The notes beneath the pieces are model-generated. The model made no database searches and had not been told where the DNA came from. It saw only the letters and a list, made by a program, of their open reading frames with translations. This document shows positions 38,724 through 47,961 of a stretch of 64,000 nt of DNA, piece after piece; position 1 is the first letter of the stretch; every line of letters starts with the position of its first letter. Location of the stretch: the NCBI GenBank assembly GCA_963781035.1, contig CAWAEN010000004.1, forward strand, positions 4,304 to 68,303, given 5' to 3'. The DNA comes from an uncultured Acidimicrobiia bacterium (GTDB taxonomy: Bacteria > Actinomycetota > Acidimicrobiia > Acidimicrobiales > SZUA-35). The translations under genes were made by a program, and so were the position numbers.

Positions 38724-41700
38724 CTACGGAGCACACGACGCCGATAGGGCTCGTCGCGTCGGACCCCACTGAGCCCACTCGTCTTCGGTCAGGTTCGAGC
38801 CGGCCGCCCGGCAGGCGATCTCGGGCCACGAGTCGGTGTCGAGGTTCCAGATCAGCGCTCCACGCTCCGTACCGGTGATCAGCTGGAGTCCGTTCTCGCC
38901 GACGTTCGATCCGGGATTCACGCCCTTGAGGTTCGGGAACGGATCACCGATCTGTGCACCCGTCTCGACATCCCACAGCCGGCCAGGTCCGGCGAGATTG
39001 GTGAGCAGCAACCGGTTGTCGTGTGAGAAGAGCAGCGCTCCGTTGCTCCATGTGTTGCCGACACCGAGGCTGCCGACCATGGTCCGGATGCGGCTCGAAC
39101 GTCGTACCGTCGCGCACCGTGACGGCGCCGATCGGGCGACTGCCGTGCGCAGCGAGGGATCCATCGAGGCTCCAGATAGCCGATGGCGACAGTCGCCTCG
39201 CTCGAGAACCTGGTTGTCGAATCGTCTCCCAGCTGGCGGTGTCGAAGAACGTTGCTCGGCCCGTCCGCCCATGCAGCCAGGAGCCGCTCGCCCGAGGGGT
39301 CGAATCGAAGACCGGAGAGACGCGCTTCACCATCTGAATCGGGTTCGGGTAGAACGAACGAGGGTTGTGCGGCGCCCCACTCCCCCACCCCAGCTTCGGT
39401 GCTGCCGACGGCGAGCCATCGGTCGTCCGGGCTCTCGTGCCCCACTTGCCCTCCCGGAGCGGGATCCCATACCGAAGCGGGCTTCACGGTCTCGCCGATC
39501 TCGTAGAACTGGATTCGGGCGCCGGGCGACGAACGTCCTGAGCTGCGCACTTCCCGGATCGAAGCCGACGAAGATCCCCTCGCTCTCCTGAAGTGAGATC
39601 GGGACGAATTCGCCAGCGGCATCTCGTCGGCGAACGTCGTAGGGCGCAGGGAAACCGGATGGCCCCAGCGCCACCAGGTCTCCCTCCTCAGAGATCGACA
39701 CGGGTCGAGGTCATCGCAACGATCGAGCACCGTGGCGATGGGACCCCCACCGAGCAGCGACGTCAGGCCCGTATTCGGTCGCCAGCGACGAACGCGAGAA
39801 CCTCCGCCGCTGGCGATGCCGTTGCTCGCCTGATGCCGATGACGGGGAGAACAGACGAGAGCGTTTCGTCGTGACTCGCAAGATCGAAATCGTTTACGAG
39901 TCCGTCCGATTTCAGGATCCGGACGTCGGTGGTCTGACTGTCCGTGAATGCTGCCAGTGCATCCTCGACCGTCGCCGAACGCCGAGCGTCGGTCGTAGCG
40001 ACCTGTCGGGCCAGGCTCATCCCAATCGATCTGTCGATGCGAAGTCGAGAACTGAGTGCGGGACCCATCCACAACGATCGGTCGTCGACTACCGCCAGAT
40101 CGGTGGGTGCCGGCGCGGGGAGGGCCATAGCCGATCCAGCCGGGCCTCGGGACCTCGAAGACGACGAGGGTGTGCTCCCCTCAGGCCCGTGCCCAATCAA
40201 GGCGGTGCAGTTCGCGCTCCAACGAGACGAGGTACACCCTCCGGAAGGGCGAAAGGAACGATCGAGACTGGGATATCTCATGAAAGATCGAACGGGATCA
40301 CCTCGTTGCCGGCCACCGGCTCTGGCTTGATCGGCCAGGTTTGCCGGCGAGTCGAAGTCTTGACGGACAACCGAATAGTCCCGTCGGTCGTGCGTCGGAG
40401 GACAGCCGTCGAGTGCGACAGCGACCGTCTGCAGCTGAGGCCCGACAGCGATCGCTACAACCGGGGACGCGGAGGCGGGAGGCGTCGGTGCTCCTCGATC
40501 TGCCGACCGCGCCGAAGACCGTCACGCTCCTCCGTCGTGGGCGACAGCCACGGCCCCGTCCGGCATGGAGGCAAGCGATGCCGGTCGAGTGCTCCGTTGT
40601 CTCCGAAGCCATGGCCACGCTGTCGAGGAGTTCACCCGAGTCGGGTTCGAACAGATCGATGCCGTCGGCTCGGGCACCGACGATCAGCCCGTTGTCCAGC
40701 CACACCACATCGACGTAATGCGTGCCCTCTCCGAGCATCGCCAACCCTGGTCCGGAGCGAGTCAGGGCCACCTGCAGGGCACCAAGGGTTTCGGGGGTTT
40801 GTTCGCGTTGATGGGCGGCAACCGCCAGCAAGAGTGCAGCGCGTGGGTTGGTGTCGGCCAGGGCTTGCGCCGTGGCCACCAGGCGACTGGTCTCGGCGTC
40901 GTATGCGGTCTCTCGTGCCGTTTGCCGTTGCTGGAATGCCACGCCACCGGCAACGAGCGCGAGCGCGAGCAACACGGCCACTCCGGAGAGCAGCCGACGC
41001 AACCGTCGATTCGACTTGCCACTCGAACTCCAGGCGTTCGGCCTCTGCCCGCCGCTCGGCATCGGCCCTGGCGGTCGATGCCTCGAGGAACGCATCCAAC
41101 CCCGGCGCGACCTCGCTCTTCGATCGAGCTCGCCAGTCAGACGCTGCTTCGAGCCGGCCCCCTCGATACAGCTCACCGTCCGGTCGCCCGGCTGCATCCC
41201 AATCCCGAGCTGCCGCCAACAGGTGTCTGGCCAGGCGGAGGTCGTCGCGGTCATCGTCGAGCCATTCCCGGAGTCTCGGCCACGACCGGATCAGGGTCTC
41301 GTGGGCCACCTCGACCGTCGGCTCCCGGGTGGCCGGATCGTGGTCGAGGGTGAACAACCTCGCCTTGCTGAAGGCTTCGATCACCTCGGACACTTCGGGT
41401 GTCGTGCCGAGCTCGGATCGTCTGGCTCGCCGGCGGGTGTCCTCGGTTCCTTCTCCGAGGGCCACCAACGATTCCATGACACGGCGCAACGCGCCTCGGG
41501 CGTCGGGATCGAACTGGTCGTGGAGCTCCTCGGCTTTGCCCGACGAGGGCGCCTTCGAGGCCGCCGATCGCGGCGTAGTCGGCGGCGGTGATCGTCCGCC
41601 CATCGCTGCGATCGAAGGCGAGGGTCAACGCGTATTCGAGCAGCGCCAAGCTGCCGGGCTGGTCGGCGGTGTCGGCCATGATCCTGGCGACGAGTCCGGG

Positions 41701-43269
41701 TTCGAAGTCGACGCCGACCGATCGGGCAGGTTCGACGATCACCGCCTCGAGTTCTTCTGGCGACAACGGTGTGACGGCCACGGTCGAACCTTTGAGCAAC
41801 GGAGCGAACCGCTGATGGCGGAGCGGGCGGTCGTAGAAGTCGCCCCGCAGCGTCGCCACCACCCGCAATCGACCGTCCGGCTCGGAGAGGGCAGTCGCCA
41901 GCGCGTCGAGGAACCGGCTGGCCGTAGCGGGCTCGGTGTTGGTGAACAGTTCCTCGAACTGGTCGATGATCAGCAGGAGGCAGCCGTCGCGCTCGGGCAG
42001 CAGCCGCTCGACCGATCGGATCAGCCCGCGTTCGCCGCTCGTCAGCTGCGACAGCAGTTCGCCTGGCGGGTTCACGGCCACTCGTAGCGCCGCCGTCTCC
42101 AGAGATTCGAACGGGTGGGCTCCCGGCGTCATCGAGGTGACGAACCACTCGTCGGATCCCGGCACTGCTCCGGCTCGAAGGGCGGGGAGCAGCCCGGCTC
42201 GCACGACCGACGACTTGCCGGAACCCGATGCTCCGACGACGGTCAGCAGCCGTTGGTTCGGCTGCGACAGCTGGGTCGACCAGTTCATCGACCAGGCCCT
42301 TGCGCCCGTGGAAGTGGCGGGCCGTCGCTTCGTCGAACGATCGCAGACCCTGATACGGATTGACGCCCGGCTCCCGCACCGACGCCGGGCCGGCGTTGCT
42401 GGGCTGAGCGTTGACCAGTCGGGTGTCGGCCCGGCGAACGTGTCCCGGAGTGCGATCGAGGAGTTGTGTGATCGAGGTTGGTCGTCGGTCGGATCCGGAT
42501 TGGTGGCGGCGTCAATGACTTCGCCAACGCCTCGGACAGGTCCGGTCGAAGCGAACCGATGGGTTCCAGCCTCGCAGCGCCGGCCACCTTCTGCTCGACG
42601 ACCGCATCGCTCGACGACGAGGCGAACGGCACCCGGCCGGCGAGCGCCGACCACGCGACCAACGCCAACGAGTACACGTCGGCCGACGGTCCCGGCTGCT
42701 CACCCCGTAGTTGTTCGGGTGCGGCAAACCGAGCCGACGAGTCACTTGCTCGGGAGTCGGGGCCGTGAGCCGGAAGCGCTCTGGTCGATGGCGATGCCGA
42801 AGTCGCCGAGCACGGCCCGCCCCTCGGCGTCGAACAAGATGTTGGCCGGTTTCACGTCGCGATGGATCACGCCCGCCTCGTGTGCAGCAGCCAGGGCAGA
42901 TCCGATGCGCTCGACCAGCGCATCGACGTCGTCGAGTTGCAGCGGACCGGCTTCCAGACGATCCGCCAAGGACCCACCGGGCAGGTACCGCATGACGAGG
43001 TAGGCCTGATCCGGGTCGCGCCAGAAATCGTGCAACGGCACGATTGCGTCGTGTTCCAGCCGAGCCACCACCCGCGCTTCGCGTTCGAACTCACGGACGA
43101 ACGTCGGCTGGGTGGCCAACTCGGCCCGAATGATCTTGATGGCGACCTCACGGCCCAGTGCCGTCTGCGTCGCCCGATGCACTACGGCGAACGCACCAGC
43201 ACCGATCCGCTCGTGCAGCTCATAGCCACCGACCTTCACCGTCGCCGACTGGTCGATCGAACTCGCCAC
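38724..43269 (-). pseudogene. giant Ser/Thr protein kinase - STAND (nSTAND-type P-loop NTPase) - TM-like segment - WD40/beta-propeller protein; many frame breaks (about 42750, 42510, 42390, 42270, 41540, 41025, 40560 and several more below)
   Basis: Kinase: YELHERIGAGAFAVVHRA...VAIKII, HRDVKPANILF, GDFGIA, APEQLRGEQPGPSADVYSLA. STAND: NPYQGLRSFDEATARHFHGRKGLVDELVDQL...LLTVVGASGSGKSSVVRAGLLPAL (Walker A) and LLLIIDQFEELF (Walker B). Helical domain: VEVAHETLIRSWPRLREWL. TM-like: RRLLSGVAVLLALALVAGGVAF. Propeller-like repeats run to ...LWDVETGAQIGDPF...ACRAAGSNLTEDEWAQW. The pieces are spread over ORFs 42742..43269, 42285..42677, 41381..42379, 41251..42654, 40632..41603, 40298..41254, 39763..40281, 38918..40072 and 38724..39272. 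Confidence 0.75.
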
Positions 43270-44033
43270 GGGCGATCGCCTGATCGAGTTCGACGAGCTC
43301 GGGTGACGGATCGAGCCCGACGTCGTCTCGGAGCTGGGTGCGGAAGTCGTGGAACTCCCGCAGCGCCTCGGTCGTTCGGCCGGTCGGCATAGAGCGACCG
43401 CATCAACAGCGCACGTGGATGTTCACGGAGCGGGTGTTCGGCGACGAGGGCCTGCAGACGAGTCACCGCATCGGCGGACCGGCCGACAGACAAAAGCAGC
43501 TCGGCGTGGATCTCGCAAGCGTGGTGGTGGCGCTCTTCGAGGCGGGCCACCTCGGCTCGCGCCCAAGGCTCGAATGCGAACTCGCCGAAGGGTTGGCCCT
43601 CGCCACAGCGCCTCCGCTCGGCTGGCAGCCTCGAGCGCATCGTTGCTCGATCCGCCAGCCCGCAGTCGTTCGGCTGCGTCGACCAATTCGTCGAAACGAT
43701 CGAGGTCGCAGCCGGCATCGGCGAGCGTGATCCGGTAGCCGTCGCCGACCTGTTCGAGCGTCGGCTCCGGTGCCCGAGCACCGATCGGAGTCGAGAGATG
43801 TAGGTGCGGATGTTGTGCTCGGCTCGAGCCGGCGGCTCCGTAGCCCAGGTGATGTCGACGAGACGATCGATCGAGACGACGTCGGGCCGGGCGGCGAGGA
43901 GGGCGGCCAGGATGCGGCGCTGGATGCGCCCGCCGATGGCCACATCCTCTGCCGCGGCAGCTTCAGGTGACGCAGTGATCTCGATCGCGCCGAGGAGCCG
44001 GATTTCCAGCGGGTGGATTGGTTCCCTCTCCAT
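43220..44033 (-). pseudogene. SARP-family regulator (winged helix + BTAD, no ATPase); 3 frame breaks (about 43770, 43590, 43400)
   Basis: MEREPIHPLEIRLLGAIEI...GGRIQRRILAALLAARPDVVSIDRLVDITWATEPPARAEHNIRTYISRLRSVLG (ORF 43236..44156). Then APEPTLEQVGDGYRITLADAGCDLDRFDELVDAAERLRAGG...AEALWRG. Then QPFGEFAFEPWARAEVARLEERHHHACEIHAELLL...ALVAEHPLREHPRALLMRSLYA. Then GRTTEALREFHDFRTQLRDDVGLDPSPELVELDQAI. The stop at 43220 overlaps the kinase start by 50 nt. Confidence 0.7.
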
Positions 44034-44206
44034 GGGCTCAAACATTGAGACCGCCCGTTCGCAAATCGTTCGCAAGGCCGAACTTAGCTCCACGAGTGGG
44101 TTCTCTGCTGGTGAATGACCTTGGTCCGCGTCATCCACGAGCCACTGCGAACGCACTGTGATCGTGCACCGATCCCGCTGCGTACGCCCAGGCGGATGTT
44201 GCGGGC

Positions 44207-44812
44207 ATGGCCCTTCGCATCATCCTCGCTCTCGTCCTCTCGGCTCTCGCCTCCCCCCTCGAATCGGCCGGCACCGAGCCGGCCACCACCGAGCCGGCCA
44301 CCACCGTGGCGGTGTCTGCGGTGTCGCCGGAACCGACGTGGGTCGGGCCACGGCTGGTTGGTCTCGACAACGACCCGGCCCGCTCCGCTGCAGCCCAGGA
44401 CGTGATCGCACGATTCGCCGAAGCCGGGCTCGAGCTGCCGACCGTGACGATCGAGTTCCACGACTCCACCACCGCCTGCAACGGCCACGACGGGCTCATC
44501 CGCTACCTCGAACCGGCCCCGATCATCGAAATCTGCTCCGACCTGCCCTACGTCCTCCCGCACGAACTCGCACACGCCTGGGTCGATGCCAACCTGAACG
44601 ATGACACCAAAGCCGCCTACGTCGAGCAGTGGGACCTCGCCTCCTGGGACGGCGCAGACGACGGCTGGAACGATCGGGGCACCGAACACGCCGCCTTCGT
44701 GATCCAGCAAAACGTCACTGTCGATTCACCACGAATGACCCGTACCTGGCGGGAGCGGGCCGAGGCGTTCGAGATGCTCACCGGCGTCCAGTCGCCCCTG
44801 ACGACGGTCTAG
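44207..44812 (+). CDS. secreted protein with an HExxH motif (putative zinc metalloprotease-like)
   Basis: Intact 201-aa ORF. Signal peptide MALRIILALVLSALASPLESA, a tandem TEPATT repeat, and LPYVLPHELAHAWVD. Confidence 0.65.
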   Translation: MALRIILALVLSALASPLESAGTEPATTEPATTVAVSAVSPEPTWVGPRLVGLDNDPARSAAAQDVIARFAEAGLELPTVTIEFHDSTTACNGHDGLIRYLEPAPIIEICSDLPYVLPHELAHAWVDANLNDDTKAAYVEQWDLASWDGADDGWNDRGTEHAAFVIQQNVTVDSPRMTRTWRERAEAFEMLTGVQSPLTTV

Positions 44813-44820
44813 GGTCGACC

Positions 44821-45216
44821 ATGGACCGATTCGAGGCCAGTGCACTGACCCACTTGCTCGTCGTCTCTGACGCTGCGGCCAGCCGGGACTGGTATGTCCG
44901 GGTGTTGGACGCCGAGGTGACGGGGGAGTACGGCGGGACGTCCGTGGTGCTCGACCTGCTGGGAAACTGGATCCTGCTGGTCACCGGCGGGGGTCCCGAT
45001 GAGGGCAAGCCGACTGTCACGCTCGACGTTCCATCGGACCCGGATCGAGCGGCGGCGCAGATCATCTTCCGCGTCGCCGATTGTCACGGGCTCTACGAGC
45101 TGCTGTCGGGCCGGGGTGCCGATTTCCTGGCCCCGCCGCACGTTCGCGAAGGCGAGACCCGTGCGTTCTTCCGCGACCCGGACGGTCACCTGTTCGAAAT
45201 ATCCGAACTGACCTGA
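44821..45216 (+). CDS. VOC/glyoxalase-family protein
   Basis: Internal ATG of ORF 44629..45216: LTHLLVVSDAAASRDWYVRVLDAEV...IFRVADCHGLYELLSGRGADFLAPP...FFRDPDGHLFEISE. Confidence 0.8.
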   Translation: MDRFEASALTHLLVVSDAAASRDWYVRVLDAEVTGEYGGTSVVLDLLGNWILLVTGGGPDEGKPTVTLDVPSDPDRAAAQIIFRVADCHGLYELLSGRGADFLAPPHVREGETRAFFRDPDGHLFEISELT

Positions 45217-45256
45217 CGAAGCCGAGCTGTCGAACATGCCGAACGCTGCCGATCTC

Positions 45257-45382
45257 TCAGGAGATGGCGGCGACCCAAGCCCCGAGCATCATCATCGTGG
45301 TGAGTTGAGCGGCGAGCATGACTCGCAGGTTGTTGGCGAGGTCGCTCTTCAGTTCGCCGCGCAGCGGCGAGCTCGGCAGCCT
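45257..45382 (-). pseudogene. C-terminal remnant of a DUF1640-like paralog (homolog of 38078..38425), with no start codon of its own
   Basis: Minus-strand reading gives LPSSPLRGELKSDLANNLRVMLAAQLTTMMMLGAWVAAIS-stop. Compare LRGEVRSDIAGLRTEMVTNMRLMFAGQLGATMMLGAWVTAIT-stop. The remnant begins in frame just after the stop codon of 45401..46912. Confidence 0.5.
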
Positions 45383-45400
45383 GAGGCCGATGGGGCGAGC

Positions 45401-46891
45401 TCAGTTGGCGATCGGGACCGAGGTCGAGATCGTCGTGGCGTTGAAGAACAGGGCGCTGTCGGCTGAAGGGCTCCCGACAACGACGGCCTGAGGGTTCAGC
45501 GTGTTCCCGTCCTCGATGTGGATCTCGACGAAGAACGAGTAGGGGGTTCCGACCGTGACCTCGGCGTACAGGATCCAATCCCAGCCCGCAGCCTCGATCG
45601 CCGAGCGATCGCATTGTCCGCCAGCGGGATCGATGACGCGACCTCGGTTCAGAAGGTGGATCGAAGGAGTGTCGAACCCGCTTGTGACGACACCCTCATC
45701 GATCACCGTTGGTGTGAGTTCGCCGAGGATGAAGACACACGACCCGCCGTTGTTGCGACTTGGTGTGCCGGCGACAACCGAGGTGAAGCGACCCTGCCAC
45801 GTCACTCCGTCATACGGCTCCCTGATCTCGAAACCGGCACCGAGTCCCGGCCTCGAGCTGAGGAAGGTGTTCGGGCCCGAAGCGGGCTGAGGTGCGGTCG
45901 GGGTTCCGAGGGTGATGTTGGCGGCGAAGTAGAGGGCGTCGGCTGTCGCAGGGTTGCCAACGGCGATTGCGTCCGGAACTTGGGGTCCGTCGCTCGGGAG
46001 GAAGATCTCCTCGAAGAAGGGATACCCGGTGCCGATCGTGGTGCTCATGTAGAGGCTCCAGCGCCAACCGGCGGCCTTCAAATCATCCCAGACGCAATCG
46101 GCTGCGGTCCGGTTGATTCGCTGCCCGCCGGCAATGAGCGAGACGTCGGGCGTGTCGAAAGACCGAGAGGTGTTGCCAGAGTCGAGCTGTGTCGGCGTGA
46201 AGGTTCCCACCACGAAGAAGCAACGGCCCTGCTCGTTGTTGCCCTCACGGCGTTGGCCCTCGACGAGGCCGAGGATCTGGCCGTCGAACCTCGCATCGCT
46301 GTACCGCTCCGCGACTTCGAACCGGGTTCCGATTGGAAGTGCGTCGCCAGGAGTTCTTCCCGTCGGGACTGGCGTCGACGCCCAACCGTTGCACGTCCAC
46401 GAGGTGCTCAATCCGGCGTTGAACGGGCCCAGAAATGGCTGCACGGTGCCCGAGTTCATGATGTTCTCTGGTGACTCAGCGAAGCGGAGCAACACGGTGC
46501 CGCGGTCCATGCCGAGCGACATCTGCTCGTTCCAGAACGTGACACCACCCTGCTCACCCTCGCGACCCAGGACATTGCGGTAGAGCTGGCGGATGAATCC
46601 GTCCTGCGTGAGCGCGCCGTAGGACCTGTTGAACTCAGGGCTCTGGGCAAAGAACGTCGCCATCTTCGGGAGGCTCCAACGACCCGCTGTGTACTCGGTC
46701 AACCAGAACTCGAAGCCGCCACGCTCCGGCTCGCGTCCGAGCCCGGCGGTGTAGAGGCGGGCGACGCTGTCGCTGTGGTTTTCACACCCAGTCTCGGTGA
46801 AGTCCTTGCCAGGCACTGCTGCACCAACACTGCTCGGTGCTGTGGTCGCCAACGCGAGCACCGCAATCATGACCGCCGCCATCCGCCGCAT
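45401..46891 (-). CDS. secreted DUF4214-domain protein with two tandem ~150-aa C-terminal repeats
   Basis: Intact ORF 45401..46912 with a signal peptide (MRRMAAVMIAVLALATTAPSSVGA). The DUF4214-like part is VARLYTAGLGREPERGGFEFWL...FIRQLYRNVLGREGEQGGVTFWNEQM...LLRFAESPE. Two similar modules follow (GRCFFVVGTFTPTQLDSGNTSRSFDTPDVSL... and GSCVFILGELTPTVIDEGVVTSGFDTPSIHL...). Confidence 0.8.
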   Translation of the reverse strand: MRRMAAVMIAVLALATTAPSSVGAAVPGKDFTETGCENHSDSVARLYTAGLGREPERGGFEFWLTEYTAGRWSLPKMATFFAQSPEFNRSYGALTQDGFIRQLYRNVLGREGEQGGVTFWNEQMSLGMDRGTVLLRFAESPENIMNSGTVQPFLGPFNAGLSTSWTCNGWASTPVPTGRTPGDALPIGTRFEVAERYSDARFDGQILGLVEGQRREGNNEQGRCFFVVGTFTPTQLDSGNTSRSFDTPDVSLIAGGQRINRTAADCVWDDLKAAGWRWSLYMSTTIGTGYPFFEEIFLPSDGPQVPDAIAVGNPATADALYFAANITLGTPTAPQPASGPNTFLSSRPGLGAGFEIREPYDGVTWQGRFTSVVAGTPSRNNGGSCVFILGELTPTVIDEGVVTSGFDTPSIHLLNRGRVIDPAGGQCDRSAIEAAGWDWILYAEVTVGTPYSFFVEIHIEDGNTLNPQAVVVGSPSADSALFFNATTISTSVPIAN

Positions 46892-46988
46892 CGGACCTCC
46901 CAGTTGGACCACCGAACCTACCGTTCCCGAGTCGTTGTGCCGAAATCGATCCCGCCGCGACGGGTGTAATCAGACAGCCCGCGTTCGA

Positions 46989-47282
46989 TCAGTCCGTCGC
47001 CTCGGCCTCGAGCAGCTCTTTCAACCGCTCGTAGTCCTTGCCGACGTTGCGTGCGACCATGCGCTGCATGAGCGGGTCGAAGATCCGGCCAACGCCCTCG
47101 GGACCACCCCGGATCGTGGCCTTCAGCAGCGTTCCGCCGTTTGCGATGGGCGCGACTTCCCTGGTGATGTCCAGCGGGATGGCGCGCCATCGTGGTGAGC
47201 GGCACCCTTGCCGGGACCTTGCCGATTCGCTGCCGGTTGCCTTGCGGCGTCGAGCAATCGTGAGTGCCATGACCAGCACCAT
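46989..47282 (-). pseudogene. probable truncated SRPBCC (polyketide-cyclase-like) protein; only the C-terminal ~65 aa look genuine
   Basis: ORF 46989..47282: ...PLDITREVAPIANGGTLLKATIRGGPEGVGRIFDPLMQRMVARNVGKDYERLKELLEAE resembles an SRPBCC C-terminus. The N-terminal 30 aa are Arg-rich and overlap the divergent gene start at 47269. Confidence 0.4.
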
Positions 47283-47961
47283 CCACGATCAAACGAACCA
47301 GACCGCCCCCAGCGACCGGCTCACGAGTCTCTTCACTACCCGCTTCGCCGGCCAACCGGCTTGGGCCGCCGTCACCGAAGTCTTCATCGGACTCGGATGG
47401 CTCCGGGCTGCAACCTCGAAGGTCATCGACCCGTCCTGGTGGTCCGGAGATCATCTCACCGAGTTCCTGGCCGAACACAGCAACGGCACCCTCGGTTGGT
47501 ACGCCCCCTTCGTCGACGTGATCGTCGCCCCCAACGCCTGGCTGGTCGCCCTCACCGTCCTCATCCTCCAGGTCGTCATCGCCGCCAGCCTGCTGAGCGG
47601 CCGAGCTCGCCCGGTCGGCCTTGGTTTCGGGATCGCCCTCAACCTGCACTTCGTTGCCGCCGGAGCCGTCAACCCGTCGGCCTTCTACCTCCTCGCTCAA
47701 GGCGCACTGCTGTTGTGGACCATCGAACGCTGGTCGGCCCGCCGGACTCGAGCGGTCCTCCCGACCGTGGCTGCCTCCGGGCTCGCCGTCGCCGGATTCA
47801 ACGTCCCCTTCATCCGAACCCTCCACCCAGCCGAGGTCATCGACGACCCGGCCATCATGTTCGCCACCCTCGGGGCGCTCACCTCCCTGGCCTGTGTGAT
47901 CGCCGTCGGTGCCGCCGCCCAGGCCGAGGCCTCGGGGGTCAGGTCGGAAGTCGGAAGCTGA
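47269..47961 (+). CDS. integral membrane protein (possibly DoxX/DoxD-like)
   Basis: Internal ATG of ORF 47038..47961: AAVTEVFIGLGWLRAATSKVIDPSWW...NAWLVALTVLILQVVIAASLL...GFGIALNLHFVAAGAVNPSAFY. Confidence 0.6.
   Translation: MTSTIHDQTNQTAPSDRLTSLFTTRFAGQPAWAAVTEVFIGLGWLRAATSKVIDPSWWSGDHLTEFLAEHSNGTLGWYAPFVDVIVAPNAWLVALTVLILQVVIAASLLSGRARPVGLGFGIALNLHFVAAGAVNPSAFYLLAQGALLLWTIERWSARRTRAVLPTVAASGLAVAGFNVPFIRTLHPAEVIDDPAIMFATLGALTSLACVIAVGAAAQAEASGVRSEVGS

Noticed and set aside
42742-43269. Treating the kinase fragments (42742..43269, 42285..42677), the NTPase fragments and the WD40 fragments as separate genes.
   Set aside because: Conserved kinase subdomains and the STAND motifs continue seamlessly across the frame changes (GDFGIA -> APEQ -> DVYSLA; NPYQGL.. 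-> Walker A). A single ancestral gene is the simpler explanation.
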